Positions 1-12,364 of a DNA stretch of 64,000 nt are shown here, piece by piece. The notes beneath the pieces were generated by a model. The model was not told the DNA's origin. It searched no databases and saw only the letters and a list, made by a program, of their open reading frames with translations. How positions within the stretch are numbered: position 1 is the first letter of the stretch; each line of letters begins with the position of its first letter. The position numbers and the translations under genes were made by a program. Source of the DNA: Diadema antillarum (Eukaryota); assembly GCF_040938485.1 (NCBI RefSeq), contig NW_027271100.1, positions 372,001 to 436,000 of the forward strand. The letters are read 5' to 3'.

Positions 1-259
1 TTCAATGACAGAAACAGTGAATTTGCGTCATTCTTTTTTTGTACACGATCAATGGAAAATTGTGAGGGTATGACATGGTTAGTATTTGCATATTCATATC
101 CACTGTACAAGAACTGTTTTGCAGAAATTAGCAAAACTTCAAAATGTCATAACTTCCTTATTTTTCATCCGATTTCAGTCAAATTTTTACCGTGGAACTC
201 GTAAGATTTTACTCTGTTTTATCAGACTAACTTATATTTGGACTGGATTTCCTCTTTAA
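1..259. mobile_element. Right end of a TTAA-flanked (Kolobok-like) non-autonomous DNA transposon, truncated by the window start
   Basis: Ends in ...GACTGGATTTCCTCT-TTAA (241-259), the AGRG...CYCT/TTAA terminal pattern shared by other MITEs here. The left end is not visible. Confidence 0.4.
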
Positions 260-859
260 GTCTAAGCCTGGTATATCTTTCCATGAGATAGACACATTCA
301 AATTCTGGAATGTAAAAAAAAAAAAAAAAATGGTCATGATACTCCAAACGACAAGCTAAAAGACAGTAAGTTATGAACAAGTTATTCAGTCATCATATAT
401 AAAAATCTATAAGAAAGCTTTTCTTAAACTTCACATGACGACCCGAATAATGCCGGACTAATATCAGACGAGGACGTCATTCCGGCGCCATTGTATCTGT
501 AGATATCATGCTTGGTAGGTGGTTTTTGTACCATGATGTAAACCACCGACAAAGATACCGCAATATGTCTAGCGATGTTGTATTAACATGAAAGTAACCA
601 AGACACAATCGGAGGGTGGTTAAGACTTTGAGTCCAAATGTCTACAGATGTTGGTGTTAAGGCACAAGATATATACTTTTATCTATATAGCTATGATTAG
701 GTAAATTACAAGAAACACATTGCTATGGAAATTTTGCGTGCGTGCGTATGCCACTGTGTCATGAAATTCATGAGCGCTACATTGTGCATTATACCTTCAT
801 GCCCCTTGTGATGCAAGATATTGCTATGGGCAACGTAATAATCGACATTACAATTTGGT

Positions 860-990
860 AGGACAGAGGGGCGGGGAGGGGGAGGAAGGGAGGGGGAGGA
901 AGGGAGGGGAAGAGGCAGAGGGAGCAGGGAGAGGAGTGAGGGATGGGAGATGGGGGAGGGAGAAGCTAAAAGTGAAAAGGGAAGGGAGCG
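860..990 (+). repeat. Purine-rich (GGGA/GAG) low-complexity tract
   Basis: About 130 bp almost entirely G/A with many GGG runs. Confidence 0.8.
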
Positions 991-3785
991 AGTCTCATTG
1001 CTTTAATAGCGCGGTACAAAGTAATGTTCTTCTCCGTATAGTGGGTGTGCTATTTATTTACTGTCTAGACGTCGCTTAATCAAAGATACTCATCCATAAC
1101 TTGAAACGTTTCGTTTAACGTTGTTGAAGGATCTCCAGATATAATCGAGGTATTTCACAACATCTAAACAAATTACTGTCTTAGCTTTCGAGCAAATTTA
1201 TACTCTTCTTATAATCTAAACTGTCTGTTCATTGTATCCTGTGAAATCGCACGAAGAATGTCACATTTCAGGAGTGTGTTATTGGAACAAGAACAACATG
1301 GAGGTGTAGATTTCTATGCTTTCTGTGAGTTGAGAGAAAAGCGTGATATATCTCATAGATTCCTCCCCCAAGTTTGCATGGATTACCACCATAAAGATAC
1401 CATTTGTATATTTATCATTATGTCCAATCATTAAGTAATCCATGACAATAATGGCTTAACATTCGACATGATCATTCGGTAATATCAAAAATTTCGACAG
1501 GTCCTTAAACCGCGTTACATCCACTCTTTCTCAAAATTTACGTATTCCAGAAAACGCACAGATTTTCGGATACATTTTTCTTTAAGATACAGCATACACA
1601 CTATCTCCCTCTCCCAGCGTTTTACTAGTGTCCTTATAGACAACTTATTCTTTACATCATGACGTCATTACATCTAGGAGACGAAAAAGGAATGACAATT
1701 GCTAACCTCACTTCCAACTTGAAAAGCATGTACTCCCATGTGCATTCACCAGAGAATGTAAATAACAGGGCAGCCACGGCGCCCCACCTCGGACCACAAA
1801 GCTTTAAGCAAGCCAAGCGTCAAAGCTATTGTCCATGGTCTCAATTGCCGAGAGAGCCTGCACAATGGCCATAATAAGTCTTCCATTATCGATTTTTGTA
1901 CACATTCCTCTAGCTCTGGCTTTATTAGGATCAGCACTAGAAAGTTAGGGCACACAATGATTGCGTGTGGACCGAAACCGGTGCGGACAAGTCGTCACGT
2001 TCTCCATGTACATTTTGTTCTATCCGTCGGCCCTTTGTCCGCCAGCCCATTGAAACCAAACGTAAAAAGGACTTGATTGATGACAATTAGCACTTGAAAA
2101 AGATTCGATTCGTTCATTATCGTAGACCTTTGTTCACTCTCTAGCATTGCCTCTCGTTTTAAAATAGCATTCAGCTTACATCTAATTGAGATGTGCGTGG
2201 CAGGTTCGTGAGAACGCGATACGCTGCATTTTACATGTCGTTGCTAATAATAGATTATCATCGTTTTCATTCATCTGTTTACACATAACTCACAAATTGA
2301 CCCCTCCATTACTGTGAATGAATTACACATGGTTTGCACCATGTTCTTATATCACACTATTTCAGAATGCCCTTCTTAAGATCATCACGATTATCTCTAC
2401 CTTTTTCAATAAATTCTCTGTTGCAATAAACGGTTTAATGAGCACTGAGGAACTCAAAATCACTTATTTTATGACAACACATTGTCATCATACAACGACA
2501 CCTTTCTTACTGTTGCATATTTATGGCTCCTGATGATGATTACTGTAGGCCTACTTGCACATAAAATGCCCAGCATCTCTCGACATAAGTGCCAATGAAT
2601 TTATCATGATTCCTGTGGTATCAACATTTTCACCGGTTTTTTTTTTTTTATATTTGTCCTGTTTTAGGTAAGTGTCATTGACAATAACAGTCATCTGCTT
2701 TGATGATTACAATATTGTATGATAAGCTTGAAAATACAGTGACAGGCACTTTCTCTTTATAACTGTCCGTTGCAAATAGATGGAAATTTTAAAGGTAAAT
2801 TACTTTCAGGATTTTTTTATGGGGGGGGGGTGTTTGTGAGTGTCTTTTAATTGTTGTCCCTATCTCATTCTTACTTCCAAAGATTTCATTTCCAAAGCAC
2901 CCACTCTTATGGATAACACAAATAGATTTGGAACTCATATCCGTTCATTATTCTCTTTTTTTTTACACGCTTTTTGTTTATATAATGAGTCTCAAAATGC
3001 AGCTGTGAAATGCCTAAACGGATTAAAGATGGACGAAAATTGGCATTGCTTGTTTACGGCCTGTGTAAGTGACGTAGACCGAGGGGGATGGACCTGGCGT
3101 GGAGGAAATCCGTCCTATCCGAGCACTCACGTGACCAACATTGACCAATGGCACGTCGGGACCTGCAGGAAGAAAGATAATGATTCATATGTCAGTTTAC
3201 TAATGTTTCAACATTTATGCATTTTCCCTGATAGCCTGATATTGAGCTGTTATCTGTTTACATCCCTATATACGAAATTCATATACAAAGCTCGCGTGAG
3301 ATTTTCTCTCTTTTTTCAGGTAAGGACACTATCGGGATGCACGTAAAAGTGAGCTCTGGATAGAAATTGATTCAGAATGACAGACAATAAAACAAGAGTT
3401 TAACTATCCCATTTGATTCTAAACGATAAAGGAAGTTGCATTTTTAACGTATGGACACCGTTTGACATCTGTTTTGGAGAGGCACATCTGTATGTCAAAA
3501 AGAAAAAAAAAAGAACAGAAAATCAGCTTACCAACTCAAGAACTTGTAAAATATAGTAATTCTAATGTAATCAAGACATTTGGGTAATCGAATATCTTAT
3601 ATTTGAGAAAAAGTGGTAAAATTATGTTTCATTGATGAACATATTGGCGTTTAGTTCACAGAATGCTGCACAATGTATATTATTGTACCTGAATGTTGTA
3701 GATTGTACGTCCATATTATCATAATGTGTGCGTGTAGACATCTCTTTATATTGTTCTTTAGCTTCATTTAACTGTTAACCATAAT

Positions 3786-5934
3786 GTGCGCCCCCCCCCC
3801 CTAAGATTTGGACCGGGGATTTGGGAGGCGGAAAAAAAATGCGTGTATACTGTATGCACGCACATGAAGCGGGTCTCCTTTGCAACCTTTCATCAAATAA
3901 GATTTTTTTTTTTTAATATTTCACTCAAAGTGTGCACCAGATCGTTGAATTTCAATTCAAAATATGCAAAATCTCTCGTGCTTGGGAGGGGGTATCCCCC
4001 TCCCAAACCCTCCCCCCTCTGTGCCTCTTTCCCTAGCTAAGTACACTTTTTAGATTTACAAAAAAATTCTGAATAATTCTGGGTGCAGAAGACTTATATT
4101 CCGAAAACTGAAGGTTCCCTCATGTATAAGGGGAATTTCCCCTTTTAATCGACCCTTTCCTCCCTCAGCCCACCCCCATCAGTTTTTGTGTGTGTGTGTG
4201 TGTGTGTGTGTGATTTCCCAAATGTTGCTTCCATCAAATATGCGTTTGCGAGATATCTCAATTTCAACCTTAAAAAGATAAAAGCTCCATCGGAAGGGAA
4301 GGGTGGAGATAATACTCGCCCATGCCTTCTCCCTGCTCGCCCCCCCCCCCCCCCCCGCCATGCAAAGAAGTAGACTGTGGCTATACCCAGGTCGCTTTAT
4401 TTCAATTCTAAAAACGCAAAAGCTCCGCGAGCGGGAGGGGGAATCCCCCTTCCCCTAAGCTCTACCTCACTAGACTTTATACATACGCACAGATGGTGCA
4501 CATTCGGAATAAGAGCTAAATTCCGTGATTTTAACACTTTGATGAAAAAGTATTGCACCAAAAATGTGCACCAGATCGCTGAATTTCAGGTCTGAAAACG
4601 CAAAATCACCTTCGTGTGGGAGGGGATATGCCCCTATCTACACCCTCGTGTGCATGCTTTTTCTGTTTGATTGCTGAACAGACAGCGTTCATGATATTCA
4701 GTGTAAGAATTAATACAAGAAGACTAGTGTATTTAAATTATACCATTTTATAGGCAAATTGTTCAATAATAATCTACAGTAAAATATACTGCAACCTTAT
4801 TAAACAAGTGGGACTGTTTCAACTCGTTAAAACACGCAAAAACATGCATCAAATTGCACCATTTGCAACATCAAAATGCAAAAAGTTCTTACCGTGGGAG
4901 GGGGACCCTCCCCCTCCCACACCCTCCCCTACCCCCTCGTTCGCTCCACTCGCTCGGGATAAGTCGCGTTCATGATATTCAGAGAAAAGAATTAATACAA
5001 GAAGTGTATCTCAATTATACCATTTTATAGGCAAATTGTTCAATAATAATCTACACTAGAATATACTGCAACCTTCAACAAGTGGGACTGTTTCACATCA
5101 ATAAAACGCGCAAAACATGCTTCAAATTGCACCATTTGCAAAATCAAAATGCAAAAAGTTCTTACCGTGGGAGGGGGGACACCCCCTCCCACACCCTCCC
5201 CTCCCCCCTCGCTCGCTCCGCTCGCTCGGGTTCAGTCGCGTTCATGATATTCAGTGAACAGAATTAATACAAGAAGTGTATTTAAATTATACCATTTTAT
5301 AGGCAAATTGGTCAATAATAATCTACACTAAAATATACTGCTACCTTAAACAAATGGGACTGTTTCACGTCGATAAAACGCGCAAAAACATGCATCAAAT
5401 TGCACCATTTGCAACATCAAAATGCAAATAGTTCTTACCGTGGGAGGGGGGATACCCCCCTCCCACACCTTCCCCTCCCCTCGCTCGCTATGCTCGCTCG
5501 GGTTCAGTCGCGTTCATGATATTCAGTGAAAAGAATTAATACAAGAAGTGCATCTAAATTATATCATTTTATATAGGCAAATTATTCAATAATAATCTAC
5601 ACTAAAATATACTGCTACCTTAAACAAGTGGGACTGTTTCACGTCGATAAAACGCGCAAAAACATGCATCAAATTGCACCATTTGCAACATCAAAATGCA
5701 AAAAGTTCTTACTGTGGGAGGGGGGATACCCCCCTCCCACACCCTCCCCTACCCCCTCGCTCGCTCCGCTCGCCCGGGTTCAGTCGCGACCCTGGGAGGG
5801 GGGACACCCCCCTCCCACACCCTCCCCCCCCCCACCCCTCGCTCGCTCCGCTCGCTCGGGCTCGGTCGCTTCGCTCCCTCGCAGACTAACCGCCCCCCCC
5901 CCCCCCCTAAGATGAAATCCTGGCTACGCCGTTG
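3786..5934. mobile_element. Non-autonomous DNA transposon-like element with an internal tandem array
   Basis: Right terminus ...ATCCTGGCTACGCCGTTG (reverse complement CAACGGCGTAGCCAGGAT) resembles the CAGGGGCGGATCCAGG terminus of the 30816 MITE. CCCCCCCTAAGAT occurs near both ends (~3800, ~5905), with recurring GGGAGGGGG...CCCCCTCCC modules. No intact left TIR found. Confidence 0.55.
4680..5790 (+). repeat. About four tandem copies of a ~272-281 bp unit
   Basis: The anchor CGTTCATGATATTCAG recurs at ~4686, 4967, 5239 and 5511. Units share AAATTGCACCATTTGCAACATCAAAATGCAAA, a GC hairpin and a GCTC-repeat tract. Confidence 0.9.
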
Positions 5935-6712
5935 GTTTGAGTACCGACTGGCACAGAAAACCCCTGCCAGTGTTGACAACGCACAGTCCATATAACAGGA
6001 AGTTTAAATAAATCTCCGCTGTAGTTTGTTACTTTTACTCCTCCCTCGGGTATGTTCGTTCCGGTGTTCATTTGCAAACTTTCTCAATTTTCCACATAAA
6101 TGATTCTTGCATCGAGTTGTTGTTATTGAAACTGACTGAAAAACTGCCCTTCTTCGACATAAATACGCAACGATTATCTAGTGTTCTTAGTATTAGCCGT
6201 GATGAAAATGAAATAGTCATAGACATGTCAAAGTATGTATGTCCATGATATTTTTTTCTTGTTGGTTTCTCTGTTTCCACTCCAAAGTTTGGAAGAAAAG
6301 ACAAGGCATTGTATGACAATGTGTTTAAACAAAGTTATGATTCATCTCATGTTAGTTTTCCTCTGTTTTCATTCCACAGAGAACCTGCTTCGAAAAGCTT
6401 ATAGCGGTATACAATGGCATGTTCCGGATTGAGAGAGCGAGGGAGAGATGGCCCAGTGACTATGCACAATAGGGAAACCTGCCTGTGGCTTCTGTGCGGA
6501 TTGAGTTCAATAAGGCAGACACAGTCATCGGGAAACACGATCAAAAAAACCAAAAAGAGCTCATCAATCTAGCTCATTGATCGTCGCATGTATAAAGAAT
6601 GACGCACGGGTACAGACACTGCGCCGTTCACTATATCATTGTCGTTGGAAATTGGTAGTAAATCTTCGACACTTATCAGTATACTGGTAATGTATTTATA
6701 CTGCAGTAAACA

Positions 6713-7120
6713 TTAATGATGGGATAACTGTCGTGTGATCCACTACGCACGCCACGGTTGGCCAGCAGTAGCTTATCGTAGAATTCTGTTTGTGTCTATC
6801 GCCACGATTGAAATCGTGGTCTGAGTCGTGGAGTAGTTGTGGTGATCTTATCAGATCTCATCAGATCTCATCAGATCTTGAGGTCAAACGCATAGATCGT
6901 AGACGGTTTTTGAACCGTCCAAAACTACTCTATATCATCACGATTGCCATGACTGACCTCCTGATGTCATCACCACGATTACTCTACGATTCAGACCACG
7001 ATTCCACAGTGGTGAAGATTGTGATATAGACATAATCATACAAAATATTGTACGATCAACCACTAATGGCCAGTCGTGGCGTGCGTAGCGGATTGCACCA
7101 CGCATGGAACTCAGCATTAA
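6713..7120. mobile_element. MITE with long imperfect inverted ends (Harbinger-like)
   Basis: Left TCCACTACGCACGCCACGGTTGGCCA vs right reverse complement TCCGCTACGCACGCCACGACTGGCCA. Bounded by TTAATG...CATTAA, with internal CACGAT/ATCGTG motifs and about three copies of ATCAGATCTC. Confidence 0.65.
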
Positions 7121-7925
7121 GTATATATGTCGAAACTAATCTATGCTCTTGTGGATCATAGCTTTTGATCTTCATTCTCTGGAGCGACCGCTAAAACCAT
7201 TACTCTTGCAGAAAAAAAGAGAAGGGTTTGCTTTGTAAGCTTCCATTTATCATAATATACATTGAACAAGACGTCTTAGTAAACACAAAGCACTCACTGA
7301 TACCTGTGATGTCTCATAATGACTGAATATTTTGGTTACCATCCAAGATACGCTCTCAAATATATCGAGGGAGACCATTATTCATACCAAAATACATCAA
7401 TGCCATGATAAGCCGTGCTTATGGTCTGATTTGATACGTTTTTGTTCTGCTTCTAAGAACTAATTCAGCTTATTCTTCCATGACGAAATTTGCATTCGAT
7501 TTCCGTTTAATGACTTATGCAAACAACAGCGTGAGCAGTGACTTGTGTACATTATCATTGTGCTTTCCCCATGGTTTGATTGATTAACTTTTCATTTAGA
7601 GTAGACATTAATGCCCATTATTGTTTTCCACCCAGAGAAGGGGGAAAAGAAGGTTTCGTGTCCCGGATGTACAGGGTATGTCATATTTACCTATACAATG
7701 CAGACCTGTTAGTATGTTAGTCTACATTTTACATGTGCAAGGCTTGTTACGCATTTAAACTTTCCAATATACACAGGTGAGAGTTTGCAGAAATATTGGA
7801 AATGACTATGCTAAACAGAATGTGCATTACGTAAGCTGCAAAGTGTAGGCCCTACTACAAAGAATTGCAACTACTTGAGTATATGGGTGATGCATTAAAA
7901 TAGAAAACAAAATGAGGAAACAATT

Positions 7926-8172
7926 GAAGAGTTTGTTCGCAAAAAACCGATAAGTCTATATTTGCCAAATGGAGATATTTGCGATTAAAGGTCAAGAAAA
8001 ATAAAGAGAATAATAAGAAAATTTTTGCTTCTTTTGACCATAACTTCAAAATGTACCTTTATATGTAGTGACCAATATATTATTTAAAAGGCATTATTTT
8101 GTACTTTATTACAGAGACCGTACTTCAAAATCTTTAAAAATGGCCTTATCGGTTTTTGCGAACAAACTCTTC
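7926..8172. mobile_element. MITE with ~28-bp TIR and AATT target-site duplication (Sola1-like by TSD)
   Basis: AATT-GAAGAGTTTGTTCGCAAAAAACCGATAAG ... CTTATCGGTTTTTGCGAACAAACTCTTC-AATT. The superfamily is inferred only from the AWWT 4-bp TSD. Confidence 0.8.
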
Positions 8173-8579
8173 AATTAAAGTGTGAAGTCTCGTGCTGTTT
8201 GAGATAATAGTTTCTAACACATGTAAAAGCGAGTCCATCGATAGCCCTCCGGACCTCCATCGTAGTCATGTTCTTGTTTTAGCAATCTTTACTGTACATT
8301 AATTGATGGGTGTAAAAGTAAGAAGTATAGGTAGTATCATCGTAAGATAAACCTGTGGATTACCAACTTATCGTTTCACCATTCACTTATACTTTTACCC
8401 TTCTTTGCGTGATAATAAATGGAAATGTTTAGTTTAGCGATCCGACAGTAAAGTTTCGCATCTATTGAAAATATAATGGAAACGAAACTTTCAGAATACA
8501 TATCAAGTTACCAATCCCTCCAGAAATCCGTGACTCACCTCTCCTTGCCGTGGTTCTTTCTCCTTTCTACTCAGACCCC

Positions 8580-10766
8580 TCACATAGATTTTGCCGCATC
8601 ACCGTTCTTCTTTGTTGCATTGTTGTTTCTTGAACTAGGCTTTTCACTTTTAGTGCTTTTTCCACTAGGATTGCGTTGTCTCTTTTCATCCCTATTCCTT
8701 TCCCCTCCCCCTCCTCCTTTTCCTCCATCTCCCCCAACTCTTCCTCCACCGTTAGCTGTCCCATTATTCCTGTTACTAGCACTACTCTTTGTAGGACCGC
8801 TTGGTTTTCTCGTTCTTTCTCTCTCTGATTTGGGTTGGCTTTGCTCTTTAGCGACAGTGGCTCGTGGGGAAATGTCTGTGGCAGTTTTACTGGGTCGCTT
8901 TGTTCTACTGACTTCAGTTTCTCTCTTTGGTATCTTAGGCACTTGCTCGTGAGTCCTTGTTTGATCGTCTTTATCATTAATGGGATCGGGTTTTTGTTTG
9001 TCATCGAGGACGTAATCTGCCTTTCGGGCAGACTCATTTTGAGGTATTTGGTAATCTTTGGAGTTTGTGATGTGTGGCTCCGTCACATCCATGTCAGAGG
9101 CTTCAGTCGATGGTGACAGAGATTTCAGTGTCTTGAAGTCATCACCTTTCCCCAGTGACAGCTGAAATTGGGTTGCAGCAGACTTCCGGTCAGCGGATTC
9201 ATTCAGTTCCATCGCCTCACCTTCGTCATCTTTTAGTGGCAAGCTACTGTTGGTGTTGAAGCTATCCTCCTCGCTGCTATGGACGACGCTAAAGAGAGGA
9301 GGGAGATAAGGCGGAGGAGGACGGAAGCCTCGTTTATATGGGTCTGATTGGTTCTCGGTTGCTAGGTCAGCTGCCTCCATTTCCCCATCGTTGCTTCGTC
9401 CTCTTGCACCCACTTGCAGCTGTAACCCGTTCGAGGTGGCGAACAAGACAGGGATCGGGAAAGACCGGCTGATGGTCGACCGATCTAAAGTTGATCTATC
9501 GGTCACTGAGCCGTCGCTGCCATCCGCCCAGGATGACCGGACACCGGGAATCCGTACATGGTCCCGAAGTGCCGACTCTATGGCATTGTCTGGACGACCA
9601 GAAAAAACGTTCCTAATTTCCTTCCAAGTTTCAGGCCAAGCTGTGAGGATAACCACAGACACTAAGAAGTCGTAAATAAATTTTAGGCCTGTGCAAACAA
9701 CCCAGAGTATTTCGGATCCCGACGACCTGCCTGAATAAACGTAGATCATGTGGATAAGTTGGTATGGCCCTATCAATAAACACCACAAAACGACCAGCAC
9801 CCCGACGGGTTTGGCATGATTCAGTTCCTTTCCCGTGCCTCGCAATTCGGCAAGTTCGTCGTACCCAGCTTGCACCAGCCCACTGTCCCTTGCATTTGTC
9901 TCCCACGCTAGACGTACTATATAAATATAACTACAGAGGATGGCGATCCATGGTGCTATGACACACAATAGTGTTATCAAGATATTAAAGACTAGATTGT
10001 TTTCGTAGAGGACGGAACAGAAATAGCGGAACTCGAAGTAACTACTCTCGACGGAAGTGACAATAATGGCAAGGTTGAACGCCGTGCAGTGAATCCACGT
10101 GTAGCCGGCAAAGAGGTTTGCTTTGACGCCGATAAAGTTTCCGATGTATGAGTCGGAATATTTGAGTGAAAATATCCTGTCCAGTACGAGAATCAAGAGG
10201 CACATGATGATCTGAGTATGGATGAGATTGAAGACGAATGAGTTTACAACACAGAGAAATGACAGATCGAGCCACACAGTACCATTAGACAGCATTGACG
10301 CTGCTATGAGAGGAGCGTTGAACACGCAGTCACACACGGCCGTGATGGCTAAGTTATTGAGAAAGGTGTAGAGCGCACGACTCTTGTAGCACTTGTGCCG
10401 GAGCGCGATGACAACGGCGACATTGCCCACCAGCGCCAGAAAGGTGATGACGAGCAGGAGCGCGCCGGCGATATTTTGAGTTCCATTGTTCTGCGTCGAA
10501 GACGGGATGACGGTCGACGAAGATTTATAAATAAGTGCGGCGGTGGTCGAAATCGACGTAGATTTACTGGTGGTAAGTGATACAGTGGTTTCTAGCCCTG
10601 TTTCTTCCTGGCTGGTAGTCTCTTCCGCAAAGACGGTTGAAGCTATATTAGTCCACAGAAAGTCTGTTGTGCCATTCACTATGATGTCTGCAAAGACCGA
10701 CGTATCGCTGTCACCACTACCCCACGACGTCACGTTAGTGGTTGTGTCTACTGTGGTCGTCATCAT
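8580..10766 (-). CDS. Orphan rhodopsin-like (class A) GPCR, loosely GPR161/GPR101-like, with a Ser/Thr-rich N-terminus and ~350-aa C-tail
   Basis: 728-aa ORF with seven hydrophobic segments: TM1 LVGN, TM2 NNLAIT, TM3 C...LDRI, TM4 YTW, ECL2 Cys, TM5 P...SY, TM6 IGPY. N-glycosylation sequons in the N-terminus. An in-frame stop upstream fixes the start. The true 3' end may be spliced (see findings). Confidence 0.88.
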   Translation of the reverse strand: MMTTTVDTTTNVTSWGSGDSDTSVFADIIVNGTTDFLWTNIASTVFAEETTSQEETGLETTVSLTTSKSTSISTTAALIYKSSSTVIPSSTQNNGTQNIAGALLLVITFLALVGNVAVVIALRHKCYKSRALYTFLNNLAITAVCDCVFNAPLIAASMLSNGTVWLDLSFLCVVNSFVFNLIHTQIIMCLLILVLDRIFSLKYSDSYIGNFIGVKANLFAGYTWIHCTAFNLAIIVTSVESSYFEFRYFCSVLYENNLVFNILITLLCVIAPWIAILCSYIYIVRLAWETNARDSGLVQAGYDELAELRGTGKELNHAKPVGVLVVLWCLLIGPYQLIHMIYVYSGRSSGSEILWVVCTGLKFIYDFLVSVVILTAWPETWKEIRNVFSGRPDNAIESALRDHVRIPGVRSSWADGSDGSVTDRSTLDRSTISRSFPIPVLFATSNGLQLQVGARGRSNDGEMEAADLATENQSDPYKRGFRPPPPYLPPLFSVVHSSEEDSFNTNSSLPLKDDEGEAMELNESADRKSAATQFQLSLGKGDDFKTLKSLSPSTEASDMDVTEPHITNSKDYQIPQNESARKADYVLDDKQKPDPINDKDDQTRTHEQVPKIPKRETEVSRTKRPSKTATDISPRATVAKEQSQPKSERERTRKPSGPTKSSASNRNNGTANGGGRVGGDGGKGGGGGERNRDEKRQRNPSGKSTKSEKPSSRNNNATKKNGDAAKSM

Positions 10767-11920
10767 GACCTTTGAAAATCCAGTGACCAGGAATCTGAGG
10801 ATTGTCTGCCATAACGTGTAGAGAAGCGATTCCCTTGACGCCCTAGAAAGTCTTCATACAATCGCTATACCTCATGCACCGCTTGATTGAAGTTATTGCG
10901 TCTCGTTCAAACATATACGATGAGAGAGTACACATTGTATGTCATGCAAAACTCGCCGATACATTGGACTGTCATATTGACGCGATGAGTCCATCTCATG
11001 CAGTCTGTGTCATCGATGTGATAATAAAATAATTCAAAGGTGGATTTTCAGCGATTCTAATTCAAAGTCAAGAAAGCCATCAAACTTTAGCTTACCCGTA
11101 TACAATGGGGCCAGCGGTAAGCTACTGTACTCAATAGACACATCACGAATCCATTGATGATATACCAGTACAGTCCCTTAATGATTACCCACGAATGAGC
11201 GCTTTAACCCAGTTTGAGGGTTTGTTTACCAGCAGGTGGATCGCTAGCGTTTGTCGCATTTTCCCGATGCAGACTTGTTGCTGATAAAAAGGTCAAAAAC
11301 GCTGATTGCCTTGGTCCTTGTTTTGAAGTCTACAAACACATTTTCGGGTTTGCTATCACTAATTTCTATCAATCTACTACGTGAAGTCCTACTGCGTGAG
11401 AAAACCGATGGATCGTTACTGTCGCAAATGTACAGAGGCTGGTACAAACCGGACCAATACACAATGAAATGCCCGCCGTAGGAAGGTTACGCGGGACGCC
11501 ATTTACATGACAACGAAGGGCGCCATGCGGCACAGTGGTATAGGACTGAGTACACACTTACACACACATACACACTCACACACAGATAATGATGGCAAAC
11601 AGCGTACACACTCGGTCATATCCACTCGCGGATATGTACACACATAATTATACGCACACACAGTTCGGCGCTCTTTCACATAGAAGGGGCGGAAATAATT
11701 GGAAGGTTTATCACTTTCAGTTAATTTATCTTTCGTTTTCCCTCCTAAAAGGAGTGACGACACGAAGTATAGTAGGCTCGTCTGCCAGAGTTAAGCAATA
11801 ATTCAAGGATAATAAGCATAAAAGATCAGATCACATCATTCATTACGGCATTGTGTAATTAAATACCCCAGCATAGTCAGAACGGTGTTACGCATTATCA
11901 TCGTTCAATATGTGTATACG

Positions 11921-11924
<4 letters not shown>

Positions 11925-12002
<78 letters not shown>
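11925..12002. repeat. (TA)n microsatellite
   Basis: Directly visible; a second (TA)n lies at ~12320-12360. Confidence 0.95.
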
Positions 12003-12006
<4 letters not shown>

Positions 12007-12318
12007 CAACAGTAGGTCAATATAAACTCCGTTGGAGACGTAAATTTGACGAATTTTCGCCCATAGGGCTTTGTCGAGTCAATACATTTGACACTTTATT
12101 TTGAAGCAGATCAAAATAAAAGATGCGTCGTCACTGTGATGGTAGCGCGTCCATAATGAAACAAAGAAAGAGAAAACTGACCAGAAACAAAAGATAAACA
12201 GTGAACATTTTGAGCAGAGAAAAGGGGTTATCCCGATTGAAACCCATTTTCTTTGTTCAAAGTTTTCACTACAATATATATGTATACAGTATTATAATGA
12301 TTATCACTATGCTTATCA

Positions 12319-12364
<46 letters not shown>

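Noticed and set aside
4680-5790. CRISPR-like array
   Set aside because: Whole units repeat with no unique spacers, there are no cas genes, and the context is eukaryotic.
5628-5995. Several Pro/Gly-rich ORFs
   Set aside because: Translations of the GC-rich tandem repeat.
8476-9675. ORFs overlapping the GPCR (8476-8952 +, 8567-9037 -, 8835-9116 +, 9391-9675 +)
   Set aside because: Shadow frames of the low-complexity GPCR tail with no independent motifs.
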